From Amphiscolops sp. MND2022 (Eukaryota): 64,000 bases of DNA. Positions 34,873 through 49,500 of the stretch are shown here, one piece after another. The DNA is taken from assembly GCA_964187785.1 (NCBI GenBank), contig CAXLNC010000509.1, positions 434,001 through 498,000 on the forward strand. The letters run 5' to 3'. The position numbers and the translations under genes are program-made. The notes below the pieces were generated by a model. The model had not been told where the DNA came from. It was given only the letters and a program-made list of their open reading frames with translations, and did no database searches. Within the stretch, counting starts at the first letter, position 1, and each line of letters opens with the position of its first letter.

Positions 34873-35197
34873 TAAAGTACTTGTTTTTTGTTGGTAGATA
34901 CGGAATCTTACTTAAAGAGACGAGGGACTTAGTACTTTAAGAGACACAGAGACACTAACAGAGCTGCAGATATTAGGTCTTGAAAAGGGAAGACAACTGA
35001 GCGATGAAGAATCTATTGAGAGTTGTATTCGAGATATAAATCAAAATTGGTTTACAGTATTAAATATAAAATGGGTACATGATGCATTGTGAACATAGAT
35101 TAGGTACATTGGTTAATTATGTATTGTTCAGTAATCAAAATGGGTCTAGATATTCATCAAGGAGGTGTGGGTAATTATTCATTTTGTAGGTATACCA
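34873..35197 (-). repeat. 5' LTR of element A
   Basis: Direct repeat of 672-995. Confidence 0.95.
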
Positions 35198-38100
35198 GAG
35201 TGTAAATCAAACTTCGTTGAAGAAAGTTTGGAATTTCAGAGTTGTCAGATTTTCTCGCCTGTATGTTTTATCTACTAACTGGGGATACTGGTTGTAATCG
35301 GGTGACTTCCCAAAAATCATTCTCAAAGAAAATTTCATTTTGATTTTTTTTCTAAACTCCTTATGGAAAGTTTGGAATTTCAACAATGTCAAAAGATCTC
35401 GAGTTTTTTCCCATTCACAAAAAGTTCAATTTGACTTCAAGTAAATTTTCGTTGGAGAAATTTTGGAACTTCAGAGGTGTCAGATTTTCTCGCCTGCTTT
35501 TTCAAGCAGCTAACTTACTAGTTGTGATCGGGTGAATTCCCAAAAAAAATTCTCTCGGACAAATTCAATTTTATTTCAATTCAAAATTCGATGAGAGAAT
35601 GGATCTCACTTTTCACAAAAGTTTCAATTTGATTGTAAATCAAACTTCGTTGAGGAAAGTTTGGGAACTCAGAGGTGTCAGAGTTTCTCGCCTGCATTTT
35701 TTATCTACTAACTGGGGGTATTGGTTGTAATCGTGTGAATTCCAACAAAGTTTTCTTTGGAAAATTTCAATTTGATTTCATTTCGAAACTCCGTGTGGAA
35801 AATTTAGAAATTCAAGTATGTCAGAAGATCTCTTCCGCTTTCTCATTCATAAAAGTTTCAGTTTGATCATGAGTTAAATTTCGTTGAGGTTACAAGTGTC
35901 AGTATTTCGCGGCGGCATTTCCTATCTACTAACTGGGAGTCCATTAGTTGTGACCGGATGAATTTCCAAAAGCTTTCTTTTGCAAAATTTTAATTGCAAA
36001 ACTCCTTCTGGAAAGTTTGAAAATTCAACGATGTCAGAAGTTCTCACCTCGTTTTATATTCACAAAAAGTTCAATTCGATTTCAAATAAAATTTCGTTGA
36101 AGAAAGGTCGGAAATTCATAGTTGTCAGATTTTCTCACCTGCATGTTGCATCTACTAACTGGGGGGTAATGGTTGTAATCGGATGAATTTCCACAAAGCA
36201 TTCTTTTGGAAAATATCAATTTGATTCTAATTCGAAAGTCTTTGAGGAAGTTTGGAAATTCAATTAGGTCAGAAGATCTTCCACCTTTTCTATTCACAAA
36301 GCTTTCGATTCGAATTTAGGTCAAATTATGTTGAGGAAAGCTTAAAACTTCAGAAGTGCCCGGTTTTCTCGCCTGCATTTTCAAGCAACTAACTAAGTGG
36401 TTGTAATCGGGCGAATCTCAAAAAGCATTCTCTCGGAATAAATCATTTTGATTTTAATTCAAAATTCGATGAGGAAAGTTTGGAAATTCAAATATGTCGG
36501 GAGATCTTGCCCCCTTTTCCATTCACAAAGTTTTTGATTTGATTTCAAGTCAAATTTCGTTGAGGAAATTATAGAAATTCAGATGTGTCAGATTTTTTCG
36601 CCTGTATTTTTATCTACTAACTGGGGTGGTGGGTGCATTGGTTGTGATCGGGTGAATTCCCAAAAAACATTATCTCGGAAAAATTAAATTTGAATTCAAT
36701 TTAAAATTAGCTAAGAAAAATTTGATATTCAATTATGTCAGAAGATCTCTTCCTCTTTTCCAATCACAAAATTTTTAGTTTAATTTCAAGTCAAATTTCG
36801 TTGAGGAAAATATGGAAATTCAGAGGTGTCAGATTTTCTCGCCTGTAGTTTCATCTACTAACTGGGGGGTTGATAGGGAATGTAACCGGGTGAATTGCCA
36901 AAAAGCAATCTTTCGGAAATTTTCAATTTGATATTAATTAGAACTTCGTTGATTAAAGTTTGGAAATTCAAGTATGTCAGAAAATCTCGCCCTTTTTTCC
37001 AATCACCAAAAACTCCAATTTGATTTTAAATCAAGTTTCGCTGAGAAAAGTTTGGAATTTCAGAAGTGTCAGATTTTCTCGCATGTTTTTACAATGAACG
37101 AACTTACTGATTGTAATTGGGTGATTTCCCAAAAAGCATGCTTTCAAAAAACATCAATTCAATATTAGTTCGAAATTCGTTGCGGAAAGTTTGGAAATTC
37201 AGAGTTGTCAGAAGATCTCACCCCATTTTCCTTTCACAAAACTTGCAATTTGATTTTAAATCAAGTTGCGTTGAGGAAAGTTTGGAATTTCAGAAGTGTC
37301 AGATACTCTCGCCTGCATTTTCAATCAACTAACTTACTGGTTGTAATCGGGTGAATTCCCAAAAAACATTCTTTCGAAAACTTTCATATTGATATTAATT
37401 CGAAATTCGTTGATGAACGTTTGGAACTTCAGAGTTGTCAGATTTTCTCGCCTGCATTGTTTATCTAATAACTGGGGGGAATACTGGTTGTATTTGAGTG
37501 AATTCCAAAAAGGCATTATTTCGGAAATCTTTCAAGTTGATATTAAGTCTACTTTCGTTGAGGAAAGTTTGGAAATTCAGAGTTGTCAGAATTTCTCGCC
37601 TGTATTTCTCATCTACTGACTGGTGGGGTGGGGTTGGGGGTAGTGATTGTAAGCGGGTGAATTGCCAAAAAGCGTTCTTTCATAAATCTTCATTTTGATA
37701 TTAATTAGAACTTCGTTAACTAAAGTTTGAAAATTCAAAGATGTCTGAAGATCTCGCCCTCTTTTCCATTCACAAAAATTTCGATTTGACTTTAAATCAA
37801 GTGTCGTTGAGAAAAAATAGGAATTTCAGAAGTTTCAGATTTTCTCGCATGCTTTTACAATAAATTAACTCACTGGTTGTAATCGGTTGATTTCCCAAAA
37901 AGCATTCTTCCGGAAACTTTCAATTCGATATTAGTTCGAAATTCGTTGATGAAAGTTTGGAAATTCAGAGTTGTCGGATTTTGTCGCCTGCATTGTTTAT
38001 CTACTAACTGGGGGAATACTGGTTGTATTTGAATGAATTCCAAAAAGGCATTCTTTCGGAAATCTTTCAAGTTGATATTATTTCTACTTTCGTTGAGGAA

Positions 38101-41100
38101 ATTATAGAAATTCAGAGGTGTCAGATTTTCTCGCCTGTATTTTTATCTACTAACTGGGGAGGTGGGTACATTGGTTGTGATCGGGTGAATTCCCAAAAAA
38201 CATTCTCTCGGAAAAATTAAATTTGAATTCATTTTAAAATTCGCTGAGGAAAGTTTGGAAATTCAGAGGTGTCAGATTTTCTCGCCTGTAATTTTATCTA
38301 CTAACTGGGGGGGGGGGTTTGAAAGTGAATGTAACTGGGTGAATTGCCAAAAAGCATTCTTTCGGAAATTTTCAATTTGATTTTAATTAGAACTTCGTTA
38401 ACTAAAGTTTGGAAAATCAAATATGTCAGATCTCGTTCTTTATTCCATTCACAAAAATTCCAATTGGTTTTAAATCAAGTTTCGCTGAGAAAAGTTTGGA
38501 ATTTCAGAAGTGTCAGATTTTCTCGCATGCTTTTTCAATCAACTAACTTACTGATTGTAATTGGGTGATTTCCCAAAAAGCATGCTTTCGGAAAATATCA
38601 ATTCAATATTAGTTCGAAATTCATTGAGGAAAGTTTGGAAATTCAGAGTTATCAGAAGATCTCATCCCATTTTCCTTTCACAAAACTGGCAATTTGATTT
38701 TAAATCAAGTTGCGTTGAGGAAAGTTTGGAATTTCAGAAGCGTCAGATACTCTCGCCTGCATTTTCAATCAACTAACTTATTGTTGTAATCGGGTGAATT
38801 CCCAAAATCATTCTTTTGTAAAAATTCGACATGATTTTATTTCGAAACTCCTCATGGAAAGTTTGGAAAATTAAATAAGTTAGAAGATCTCGCCGTCTTT
38901 TCCATTCACAAAAATTCCAAATTGACTTTAAATCAAGTTTCCTAGATAAAAGTTTGGAATATCAGAAGTGTCAGATATTCTCGTCTGCTTTTTCAATCAA
39001 CTAACTTACTGATTGTAATTGGAGGATTTCCCAAAAAAGCATGCTTTCGGAAATTATCAAGTCAATATTAGTTCGAAATTCATTGAAGAAAGTTCGGAAA
39101 TTCAGAGTTGTCAGAAGATCTCACCCCATTTTCCTTTCACAAAACTTGCAATTTGATTTTAAATCAAGTTGCGTTGAGGAAAGTTTGGAATTTCAGAAGT
39201 GTCAGATACTCTCGCCTGCATTTTCAATCAACTAACTTACTGGTTGTAATCGGGTGAATCCCCAAAAAGCATTCTTTCATATTGATATTAATTCGAAGTT
39301 CGTTGATGAAAGTTTGGAAATTCAGAGTTGTCAGATTTTCTCGCCTGCATTGATTATCTACTAACTGAGGGAATACTGGTTGTATTTGAATGAATTCCAA
39401 AAAGGCATTCTTTCGGAAATCTTTCAAGTTGATATTAATTCTACTTTCGTTGAGGAAAGTTTGGAAATTCAGAGTTGTCAGATTTTCTCGCCTGTATTTT
39501 TCATCTACTGACTGGTGGGGTGGGGGTGGGTGTAGTGATTGTAAGCGGGTGAATTGCCAAAAAGCGTTCTTTCAGAAAATTTCAATTTCATATTAATTAG
39601 AACTTCGTTAACTAAAGTTTAAAAATTCAAAGATGTCAGAAGATCTCGCCCTCTTTTCCATTCACAAAAATTTCAATTTGATTTTAAATCAAGTGTCGTT
39701 GAGAAAAAAATAAGAATTTCAGAAGTTTCTGATTTTCTCGCATGCTTTTACAATTAATTAACTTACTGGTTGCAATCGGTTGATTTCCCAAAAAGCATTC
39801 TTTTGGAAACTTTCATATCAAAATTAGTTCAAAATTCGTTGAGGAAAGATTTGAATTACAGAAGTGTCAGATATTCTTGCCTGCTTTTTCAATCAACTAA
39901 CTTACTGGTTGTAATCGGTTGAATTCTCAAAAAGCATTCTTTCGGAAGCTTTCATATTGATATTAATTCAGAATTCGTTGATGAAAGTTTGGAAATTCAG
40001 AGTTGTCGGGTTTTCTCACCTGCATTGTTTTTCTACTAACTGTGGGGATACTGATTGTAATCGGATGAATTCCCGAAAAACTCTCTCTCGCAAAATTTCA
40101 ATTTGATATCAATTCGAAAATTGCTGAGGAAAGTTTGGAAATTCAAACATGTCAGAAAGTCTCACCCCTTTTTCCATTCACAGAAAATTTAAGTTTGATT
40201 TTGAATCAGTCTCGTTGGAGAAAATTTGGAATTTGAGAAGTGTCAGATTTTCTTGCCTGCTTTTTCAATCAACTAACTTACTGGTTGTAATCGGGTGAAC
40301 CAAAAAGCACTCTTTCGGAAAATTTCAATTAACAATTAATTCGAAGTTTGTTGAGGAAAGTTTGGATATTCAACTATGTCTGAAGACCTTCCCCCTTTTC
40401 CTTTCACAAAACTTTTGATTTGAATTTAAGTCAATATTTTTTGATGAAAGTTTGGAAACTCGGAGGTGTCAGATATTTTCGCCTGCATTTTTTATCTGGG
40501 GAATGGGCAGTGGTTGTAGTCGGGTGAATTCCCAAAAAAGCATTTTTTCGGAGAATTTCATTTCGATATTAATTCGAAATTCGTCGAGGAAAGTTTGAAA
40601 ATTCAAATCTGTCAGAAGATCTTGCCCCCCTTTCTTTTCACAAAAAAATCAATTTAATTTCACATGAACTTTCGTTGAGGAAAATTTGGAAATTCAGAAG
40701 TGTCAGATTTTTTCGCCTGCATTTTTCTATCTACTAACTGGGCGATACTGATTGTAATCGGGTGAATTCCTAAAATGCGTTCTGAAAACTTCAATCTGGT
40801 ATTATTTCGAATTTCGTTGAGGAAAGTTTGGAAATTAGATTATGTCAGAAAATTTTACCCCTTTTCCATTCACAAATCTTTCGATTTGAATTTAAGTCAA
40901 ATGTTGTTCAGGATAGTTTGGAAACTCAGAGGTGTCAGTTATTTTCGTCTGCATTTTTATCTACTGACTGGGGGCAGTGGTTGTAATCGGGTGAATTCTC
41001 AAAAAGCGTTCTCTCGGAAAATTTCAATTTCATATTAATTCGAAATTAGTTGAGGAAAGTTTGGAAATTCAATTATGTTAGAGGGTCTTCGCCCTTTTCC

Positions 41101-43689
41101 ATTCGCAAAACTTTCGATTTGAATTTAGGTCAAATTTTGTTGAGGAAAATTTGGAAACTCAGAGGTGTCAATTATTTTCGCCTGCATTTGTTATCTACAG
41201 ATTGGGGTTAAGTGGTTGTAATCGGATGAACTCTCAAAAAACATTCTTTCGTAAAATTTCACTTTGAAATTAATTCGAAATTCGTTGGGGAAAGTTTGAA
41301 AAATGAAAAATCAAATCTGTCAGAAGATCTAGACCCTTTTCTTTTCACAAAACTTTCACTTTGATTTCAAGTGAAATTTGGTTCAGGAAAGTTTGGAATT
41401 TCAGAAGTGTCAGATTTTTTTGCATGCAGTTTTTTGTCTACTAACTGGGTGATACTGATTGTAATCGGGTGAATTCCTAAAAAGCGTTCGGAAAATTTCA
41501 CTTTGATATTATTTCAAAATTCCTTGAGGAAAAATTCGAAAAATCAAATCTGTCAGAAGATCTAGCCCCCTTTTCTATTCACAAAAGTTTCAATTTGATT
41601 TCAATTGAACTTTTTTTGAGGAAAGTTTGGAATTTCAGAAGTGTCACATTTTTTCGCCTGTGTTTTTTTATCTACTAACTGGGCAATACTGATTGCAATC
41701 GGGTGAATTTCTAAAAAGCGTTTGGAAAATTTTAATTCAAAATTTGTTGAGGAAAGTTTGAAATTTCAAATCTGTCTGAAGATCTAGCCCCTTTTCTATT
41801 CAGAAAAGTTTTAATTTGATTTCTTCAAGTGAAATTTTATTCAGGAAAGTTTGGAATTTCAGAAGTGTCAGTTATTTTCGCCTGCATGTTTTATCTACTG
41901 ACTGGGGGGCAGTGGTTGTAATCGGGTGAAGTCTCAAAACGCATTTTTTCGGAAAATTCAACTTGATATTAATACTTAATTCGTTGAAGAAAATTTGGAA
42001 TTTCAAATATGTCAGAAGATCTCGCCCCCTTGCCCGTTCACAAAACTTTGAATTTGAAATTAAGTAAAACTTTGTTGAGGAAAGTTTGGAAACTCATAGG
42101 TGTCAGGTATTCTCGCCTGCATTTTTTTATACTGACTGGGGGCATTGGTTGTAATCGGGTGATTTCCCAAAAAGCTTTCTTTTTTGAAAAATTCTTTTGG
42201 TTTTATTTCGAAATTCATTGAGGAAAGTTTGGAAATTCAAATATGTCAGAAGGTCTCACCCCTTTTCCCATTCAATTTTAAATCAATTTTCGTTGGAGAA
42301 AATTTGGAGTTTCAGAAGCGTGAGATTTTCTCGCCTGCTTTTTCAATCAACTAACTTACTGGTTGTAATCGGGTGAACCAAAAAGCACTCTCTCGGAAAA
42401 TTTCAATTAAATTTTAATTTGAAATTCGTTGAGGCAAGTTTGGATATTCAATTATGTCTGAAGACCTTCCCCTTTTCCATTCACAAAACGTTCGGTTTGA
42501 AATTAAGTCAAATTTTATTGATAAAAGTTTGGAAACTCGGAGGTGTCAGATATTTTTGCCTGCATTTTTTATCTACTGACTGGGGGATGGGCAGTGGTTG
42601 TAATTGGGTGAATTCCCAAACAAAGCATTTTTTCGGGAACTTTCACTTCGATATTAAATCGAAATTCGTTGAGGAAAGATTGAAAATTCAAATCTATCAG
42701 AAGATCTTGACCCCTTTTCTTTTCACAAAAAATTCAATTTCATTTCACATGAAATTTCGTTGAGGAAAATTTGGAATTTCAGAAGTGTCAGATTTTTCCG
42801 CATGCATTTTTCTATCTACTAACTGGGCGATACTGATTGTAATCGGGTGATTTCTCAAAAAGCATTCTTTCGGAAAATTCAATTTGATATTAATTCGTAA
42901 TTCGTTGAGGAAAGTTTGGAATTTCAAATATGTCAGAAGATCTCGCCCCCTTGCCCGTTCACAAAACTTTCAATTTGAAATTAAGTCAAACTTTGTTGAG
43001 GAAAGTTTGGAAACTCATAGGTGTCAGAAATTCTCGCCTGCATTTTTTATATACTTACTGGGGGCAGTGGTTGTAATTGGGTGAATTCACAAAAAGCATT
43101 CTTTTTTGAAACATTCAATTTGACTCTAGTTCGAAATTCATTGAGGAAGTTGGAAAATTCAATTATGTCAGAAGATCTTCCCCCTTCTCCATTCCCAAAA
43201 CTTTAGATTTGCATTTAAGTCAAACTTTGTTGAGGAATTTCAGAAGTGCCCGATTTTCTCGCCCGCTTCTTCAAACAACTAACTTACTGGTTGTAACGGG
43301 TGAACCAAAAAGCACTCTTTCGGAAAACTTCAATTTGATATTAATTCGAAATTCGTTGAGGAAAGTTTGGATATTCAACTATGTCTGAAGACCTTTCCCC
43401 TTTTCCCATCACAAAACTTTCGATTTGAATTTAAGTCAAATTTTGTTGATGAAAGTTTGGAAACTCGGAGGTGCCAGTTTTTTTCGCCTGCATTTTTCTA
43501 TCTTCTTACTGGGCGATACTGATTGTAATCGGGTGAATTCCCAAAAAACCACTATTTCGGAAAATTTCACTTTGATGATAGTTCGAAATTCATTGAGGAA
43601 AATTTGGAATTTCAAATATGTCAGAAGATCTTCCCCCTTTTCCAATCACAAAACTTTCGATTTGAATTTAGGTCAAATTTCGTTGAGGA

Positions 43690-46600
43690 AAGTTTGAAAA
43701 CTCAATTCTGTCAGAAGATCTAGCCCCCTTTTCTATTCACAAAAATTTCAATTTGATTTCAAGTGAAATTTAGTTCAGGAAAGTTTGGAATTTCAGAAGT
43801 GTGCAATTTTTTGCCTGTATTTTTTATCTACTAACTGGGCGATACTGATTGTAATCGGGTGAATTACTAAAAAGCGTTCAGAAAATTTCAATTTGGTATT
43901 AATTCGAAATTCGTTGAGGAAAGATTGAAAATTCTAATCTGTCAGAAGATCTAGCCCCCTTTTCTATTCACAAAAATTTCAATTTGATTTCAATTGAAAA
44001 TTCGTTCAGGAAATTTTGGAATTTCAGAAGTGTCCATTTTTTTCGCCTGCATTTTTTTATCTACTAACTGGGCAATACTGATTGTAATTGGGTGAATTCC
44101 TAAAAAGCGTTCGGGAAGTTTCAATCTGGTAATAATTCGAAATTTGTTGAGGAAAGTTTGGAAATTCACTTATGTCAGAAGATCCTCCCCCTTTTCCATT
44201 CACAAAACTTTCGATTTGAATTCAAGTCAAATTTTGTTGAGGAAAGTTTGGAAACTCAGAAGTGTCAGTTATTTTCGCCTGCATTTTTTATCTACTGATT
44301 GGGGTGCAGTAGTTGTAATCGGGTGAATTCTAAAAAAACATTCTTCCGGAAAATTTCACTTTGATATTAATTCGAAATTCGTTGGGGAAAGTTTGAAAAA
44401 TCAAATCTGTCAGAAGATCTAGCCCCCATTGCTTTTCACAAAAATTTCAATTTGATTTCAAGTGAAATTTAGTTCAGGAAAGTTTGGAATTTCAGAAGTG
44501 TCCAATTTTCTTGCCTGTACTTTTTTATCTACTAACTGGGCGATACTGATTGTAATTGGGTGAATTCCTAAAAAGCGTTCGGGAAGTTTCAATCTGGTAA
44601 TAATTCGAAATTTGTTGAGGAAAGTTTGGAAATTCACTTATGTCAGAAGATCCTCCCCCTTTTCCATTCACAAAACTTTCGATTTGAATGTAAGTCAAAT
44701 TTTGTTGAGGAAAGTTTGGAAACTCAGAGGTGACAAGTATTTTCTGCATTTTTTATCTAGCGACTGGGTGCAGTTGTTGTAATCGGGTGAATTCTCAAGA
44801 AGCGTTTTCTCGGAAAACTTCACTTTGATTTTAACTCGAAACTCGTTGATGAAAGTTTGAAAAATCAAATCTGTCAGAAGATCTAGCCCCCTTTTCTATT
44901 CACAAAAATTTCATTTTGATTTCAAGTGAAATTTAGTTCAGGAAAGTTTAGACTTTCAGAAGTGTGCATTTTTTTGCCTGCATTTTTTATCTACTAACTG
45001 GGCGATACTGATTGTAATCGGGTGAATTTCTAAAAAGCGTTCAGAAAATTTCAATTTGGTATTAATTCGAAATTCGTTGAGGAAAGATTGAAAATTCTAA
45101 TCTGTCAGAAGATCTAGCCCCCTTTTCTATTCACAAAAATTTCAATTTGATTTCAATTGAAAATTCGTTCAGGAAATTTTGGAATTTCAGAAGTGTCCAT
45201 TTTTTTCGCCTGCATTTTTTTATCTACTAACTGGGCAATACTGATTGTAATCGGGTGAATTCCTTAAAAGCGTTCAGGAAATTTCAATATGGTATTATTT
45301 CGAAATTCGTTGAGGAAAGTTTGGAAATTCAATTAAGTCAGAAAATCCTCCCCCTTTTCCATTCACAAAACTTTCGATTTGAATTCAAGTCAAATTTTGT
45401 TGAGGAAAGTTTGGAAACTCAGAAGCGTCAGTTATTTTCGCCTGCATTTTTTATCTACTGATTGGGGTGCAGTAGTTGTAATCGGGTGAATTCTAAAAAA
45501 AACATTCTTCCGGAAAATTTCACTTTGATATTAATTCGAAATTCGTTGGGGAAAGTTTGAAAAATCAAATCTGTCAGAAGATCTAGCCCCCATTGCTTTT
45601 CACAAAAATTTCAATTTGATTTCAAGTGAAATTTAGTTCAGGAAAGTTTGGAATTTCAGAAGTGTCCAATTTTCTTGCCTGTACTTTTTTATCTACTAAC
45701 TGGGCGATACTGATTGTAATTGGGTGAATTCCTAAAAAGCGTTCGGGAAATTTCAATCTGGTAATAATTCGAAATTTGTTGAGGAAAGTTTGGAAATTCA
45801 CTTATGTCAGAAGATCCTCCCCCTTTTCCATTCACAAAACTTTCGATTTGAATGTAAGTCAAATTTTGTTGAGGAAAGTTTGGAAACTCAGAGGTGACAA
45901 GTATTTTCTGCATTTTTTATCTAGCGACTGGGTGCAGTTGTTGTAATCGGGTGAATTCTCAAGAAGCGTTTTCTCGGAAAACTTCACTTTGATTTTAACT
46001 CGAAACTCGTTGAGGAAAGTTTGAAAAATCAAATCTGTCAGAAGATCTAGCCCCCTTTTCTATTCACAAAAATTTCAATTTGATTTCAAGTGAAATTTAG
46101 TTCAGGAAAGTTTAGACTTTCAGAAGTGTGCATTTTTTTGCCTGCATTTTTTATCTACTAACTGGGCGATACTGATTGTAATCGGGTGAATTCCTAAAAA
46201 GCGTTCAGAAAATTTCAATTTGGTATTAAATCGAAATTCGTTGAGGAAAGATTGAAAATTCAAATCTGTCAGAAGATCTAGCCCCCTTTTCTATTCACAA
46301 AAATTTCAATTTGATTTCAATTGAAAATTCGTTCAGGAAAGTTTGGAATTTCAGAAGTGTCCGTTTTTTTCGCCTGCATTCTATTATCTACTAATTGGGC
46401 AATACCGATTGTAATCGGGTGAATTCCTAAAAAGCGTTCGGGAAACTTCAATCCGGTATTATTTCGAAATTCGTTGAGGAAAGTTTGGAAATTCAATTGT
46501 GTCAGAAGATCTTCCCCCTTTTTCATTCACAAAACTTTCGATTTGAATTTAAGTCAAGTTTTGTTGAGGAAAGTTTGGAAACTCAGAAGTGTCAGTTATT

Positions 46601-49500
46601 TTCGCCTGCATTTTTAATCTACTGATAGGGGTGCAGTGGTTGTAATCGGGTGAATTCTCAAAAAACATTCTTTTGGAAAATTTCACTTTGATATTAATTC
46701 AAAATTCGTTGGGGAAAGTTTGAAAAATCAAATCTGTCAGAAGATCTAGCCCCCTTTTCTATTCACAAAAATTTCAATTTGATTTCAAGTGAAATTTAGT
46801 TCAGGAAAGTTTGGAATTTCAGAAGCGTCCAATTTTCTTGCCTGTACTTTTTTATCTACTAACTGGGCGATACTGATTGTAATTGGGTGAATTCCTAAAA
46901 AGCGTTCGGGAAGTTTCAATCTGGTAATAATTCGAAATTTGTTGAGGAAAGTTTGGAAATTCACTTATGTCAGAAGATCCTCCCCCTTTTCCATTCACAA
47001 AACTTTCGATTTGAATGTAAGTCAAATTTTGTTGAGGAAAGTTTGGAAACTCAGAGGTGACAAGTATTTTCTGCATTTTTTATCTAGCGACTGGGTGCAG
47101 TTGTTGTAATCGGGTGAATTCTCAAGAAGTGTTTTCTCGGAAAACTTCACTTTGATTTTAACTCGAAACTCGTTGAGGAAAGTTTGAAAAATCAAATCTG
47201 TCAGAAGATCTAGCCCCCTTTTCTATTCACAAAAATTTCAATTTGATTTCAAGTGAAATTTAGTTCAGGAAAGTTTAGACTTTCAGAAGTGTGCATTTTT
47301 TTGCCTGCATTTTTTATCTATTAACTGGGCGATACTGATTGTAATCGGGTGAATTCCTAAAAAGCGTTCAGAAAATTTCAATTTGGTATTAATTCGAAAT
47401 TCGTTGAGGAAAGATTGAAAATTCAAATCTGTCAGAAGATCTAGCCCCCTTTTCTATTCACAAAAATTTCAATTTGATTTCAATTGAAAATTCGTTCAGG
47501 AAATTTTGGAATTTCAGAAGTGTCCATTTTTTTCGCCTGCATTTTTTTATCTACTAACTGGGCAATACTGATTGTAATCGGGTGAATTCCTAAAAAGCGT
47601 TGAGGAAATTTCAATATGGTATTATTTCGAAATTCGTTGAGGAAAATTTGGAAATTCAATTAAGTCAGAAAATCCTCCCCCTTTTCCATTCACAAAACTT
47701 TCGATTTGAATTCAAGTCAAATTTTGTTGAGGAAAGTTTGGAAACTCAGAAGTGTCAGTTCTTTTCGCCTGCATTTTTTATCTACTGATTGGGGTGCAGT
47801 AGTTGTAATCGGGTGAATTCTAAAAAAACATTCTTCCGGAAAATTTCACTTTGATATTAATTCAAAATTCGTTGGGGAAAGTTTGAAAAATCAAATCTGT
47901 CAGAAGATCTAGCCCCCATTGCTTTTCACAAAAATTTCAATTTGATTTCAAGTGAAATTTAGTTCAGGAAAGTTTGGAATTTCAGAAGCGTCCAATTTTC
48001 TTGCCTGTACTTTTTTATCTACTAACTGGGCGATACTGATTGTAATTGGGTGAATTCCTAAAAAGCGTTCGGGAAGTTTCAATCTGGTAATAATTCGAAA
48101 TTTGTTGAGGAAAGTTTGGAAATTCACTTATGTCAGAAGATCCTCCCCCTTTTCCATTCACAAAACTTTCGATTTGAATGTAAGTCAAATTTTGTTGAGG
48201 AAAGTTTGGAAACTCAGAGGTGACAAGTATTTTCTGCATTTTTTATCTAGCGACTGGGTGCAGTTGTTGTAATCGGGTGAATTCTCAAGAAGCGTTTTCT
48301 CGGAAAACTTCACTTTGATTTTAACTCGAAACTCGTTGAGGAAAGTTTGAAAAATCAAATCTGTCAGAAGATCTAGCCCCCTTTTCTATTCACAAAAATT
48401 TCAATTTGATTTCAAGTGAAATTTAGTTCAGGAAAGTTTAGACTTTCAGAAGTGTGCATTTTTTTGCCTGCATTTTTTATCTATTAACTGGGCGATACTG
48501 ATTGTAATCGGGTGAATTCCTAAAAAGCGTTCAGAAAATTTCAATTTGGTATTAATTCGAAATTCGTTGAGGAAAGATTGAAACTTCAAATCTGTCAGAA
48601 GATCTAGCCCCCTTTTCTATTCACAAAAATTTCAATTTGATTTCAATTGAAAATTCGTTCAGGAAAGTTTGGAATTTCAGAAGTGTCCATTTTTTTCGCC
48701 TGCATTTTATTATCTACTAATTGGGCAATACTGATTGTAATCGGGTGAATTCCTAAAAAGCGTTCGGGAAACTTCAATCCGGTATTATTTCGAAATTCGT
48801 TGAGGAAAGTTTGGAAATTCAATTATGTCAGAAGATCTTCCCCCTTTTTCATTCACAAAACTTTCGATTTGAATTTAAGTCAAATTTTGTTGAGGAAAGT
48901 TTGGAAACTCAGAAGTGTCAGTTATTTTCGCCTGCATTTTTAATCTACTGATAGGGGTGCAGTGGTTGTAATCGGGTGAATTCTCAAAAAACATTCTTTT
49001 GGAAAATTTCACTTTGATATTAATTCAAAATTCGTTGGGGAAAGTTTGAAAAATCAAATCTGTCAGAAGATCTAGCCCCCTTTTCTTTTCACAAAAATTT
49101 CAATTTGATTTCAAGTGAAATTTAGTTCAGGAAAGTTTAGAATTTCAGAAGTGTGCATTTTTTTGCCTGCATTTTTTATCTACTAACTGGGCGATACTGA
49201 TTGTAATCGGGTGAAGTCCTAAAAGGCGTTCAGAAAATTTCAATTTGGTATTAATTCGAAATTCGTTGAGGAAAGATTGAAAATTCAAATCTGTCAGAAG
49301 ATCTAGCCCCCTTTTCTATTCACAGAAGTTTCAATTTGATTTCAATTGAAAATTCGTTCAGGAAAGTTTGGAATTTCAGAAGTGTCCATTTTTTTCGCCT
49401 GCATTTAATTATCTACAAATTGGGCAATACTGATTGTAATCGGGTGAATTCCTAAAAAGCGTTCGGGAAACTTCAATCCGGTATTATTTCGAAATTCGTT
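43690..49500. repeat. 5-monomer HOR (1163 bp) with a 10-monomer (2326 bp) super-period
   Basis: GTGACAAGTATTTTCTGC at 44730, 45894, 47057 and 48220. Boundaries approximate. Confidence 0.9.

Larger units (their letters stand above)
672..35197 (-). mobile_element. LTR retroelement A (Ty3/gypsy-type, env-bearing), decayed, integrase deleted, hosts element B
   Basis: Paired ~325-bp LTRs at 672-995 and 34873-35197, 4-bp TSD GAGT (668-671 and 35198-35201), PBS, and gag, protease, RT, RNase H and env remnants on the minus strand. Confidence 0.95.

Noticed and set aside
35445-35465. TTCGTTGGA resembling the start of the CENP-B box
   Set aside because: The essential downstream CGGG is not at the required spacing, so this is only a half match in AT-rich DNA.
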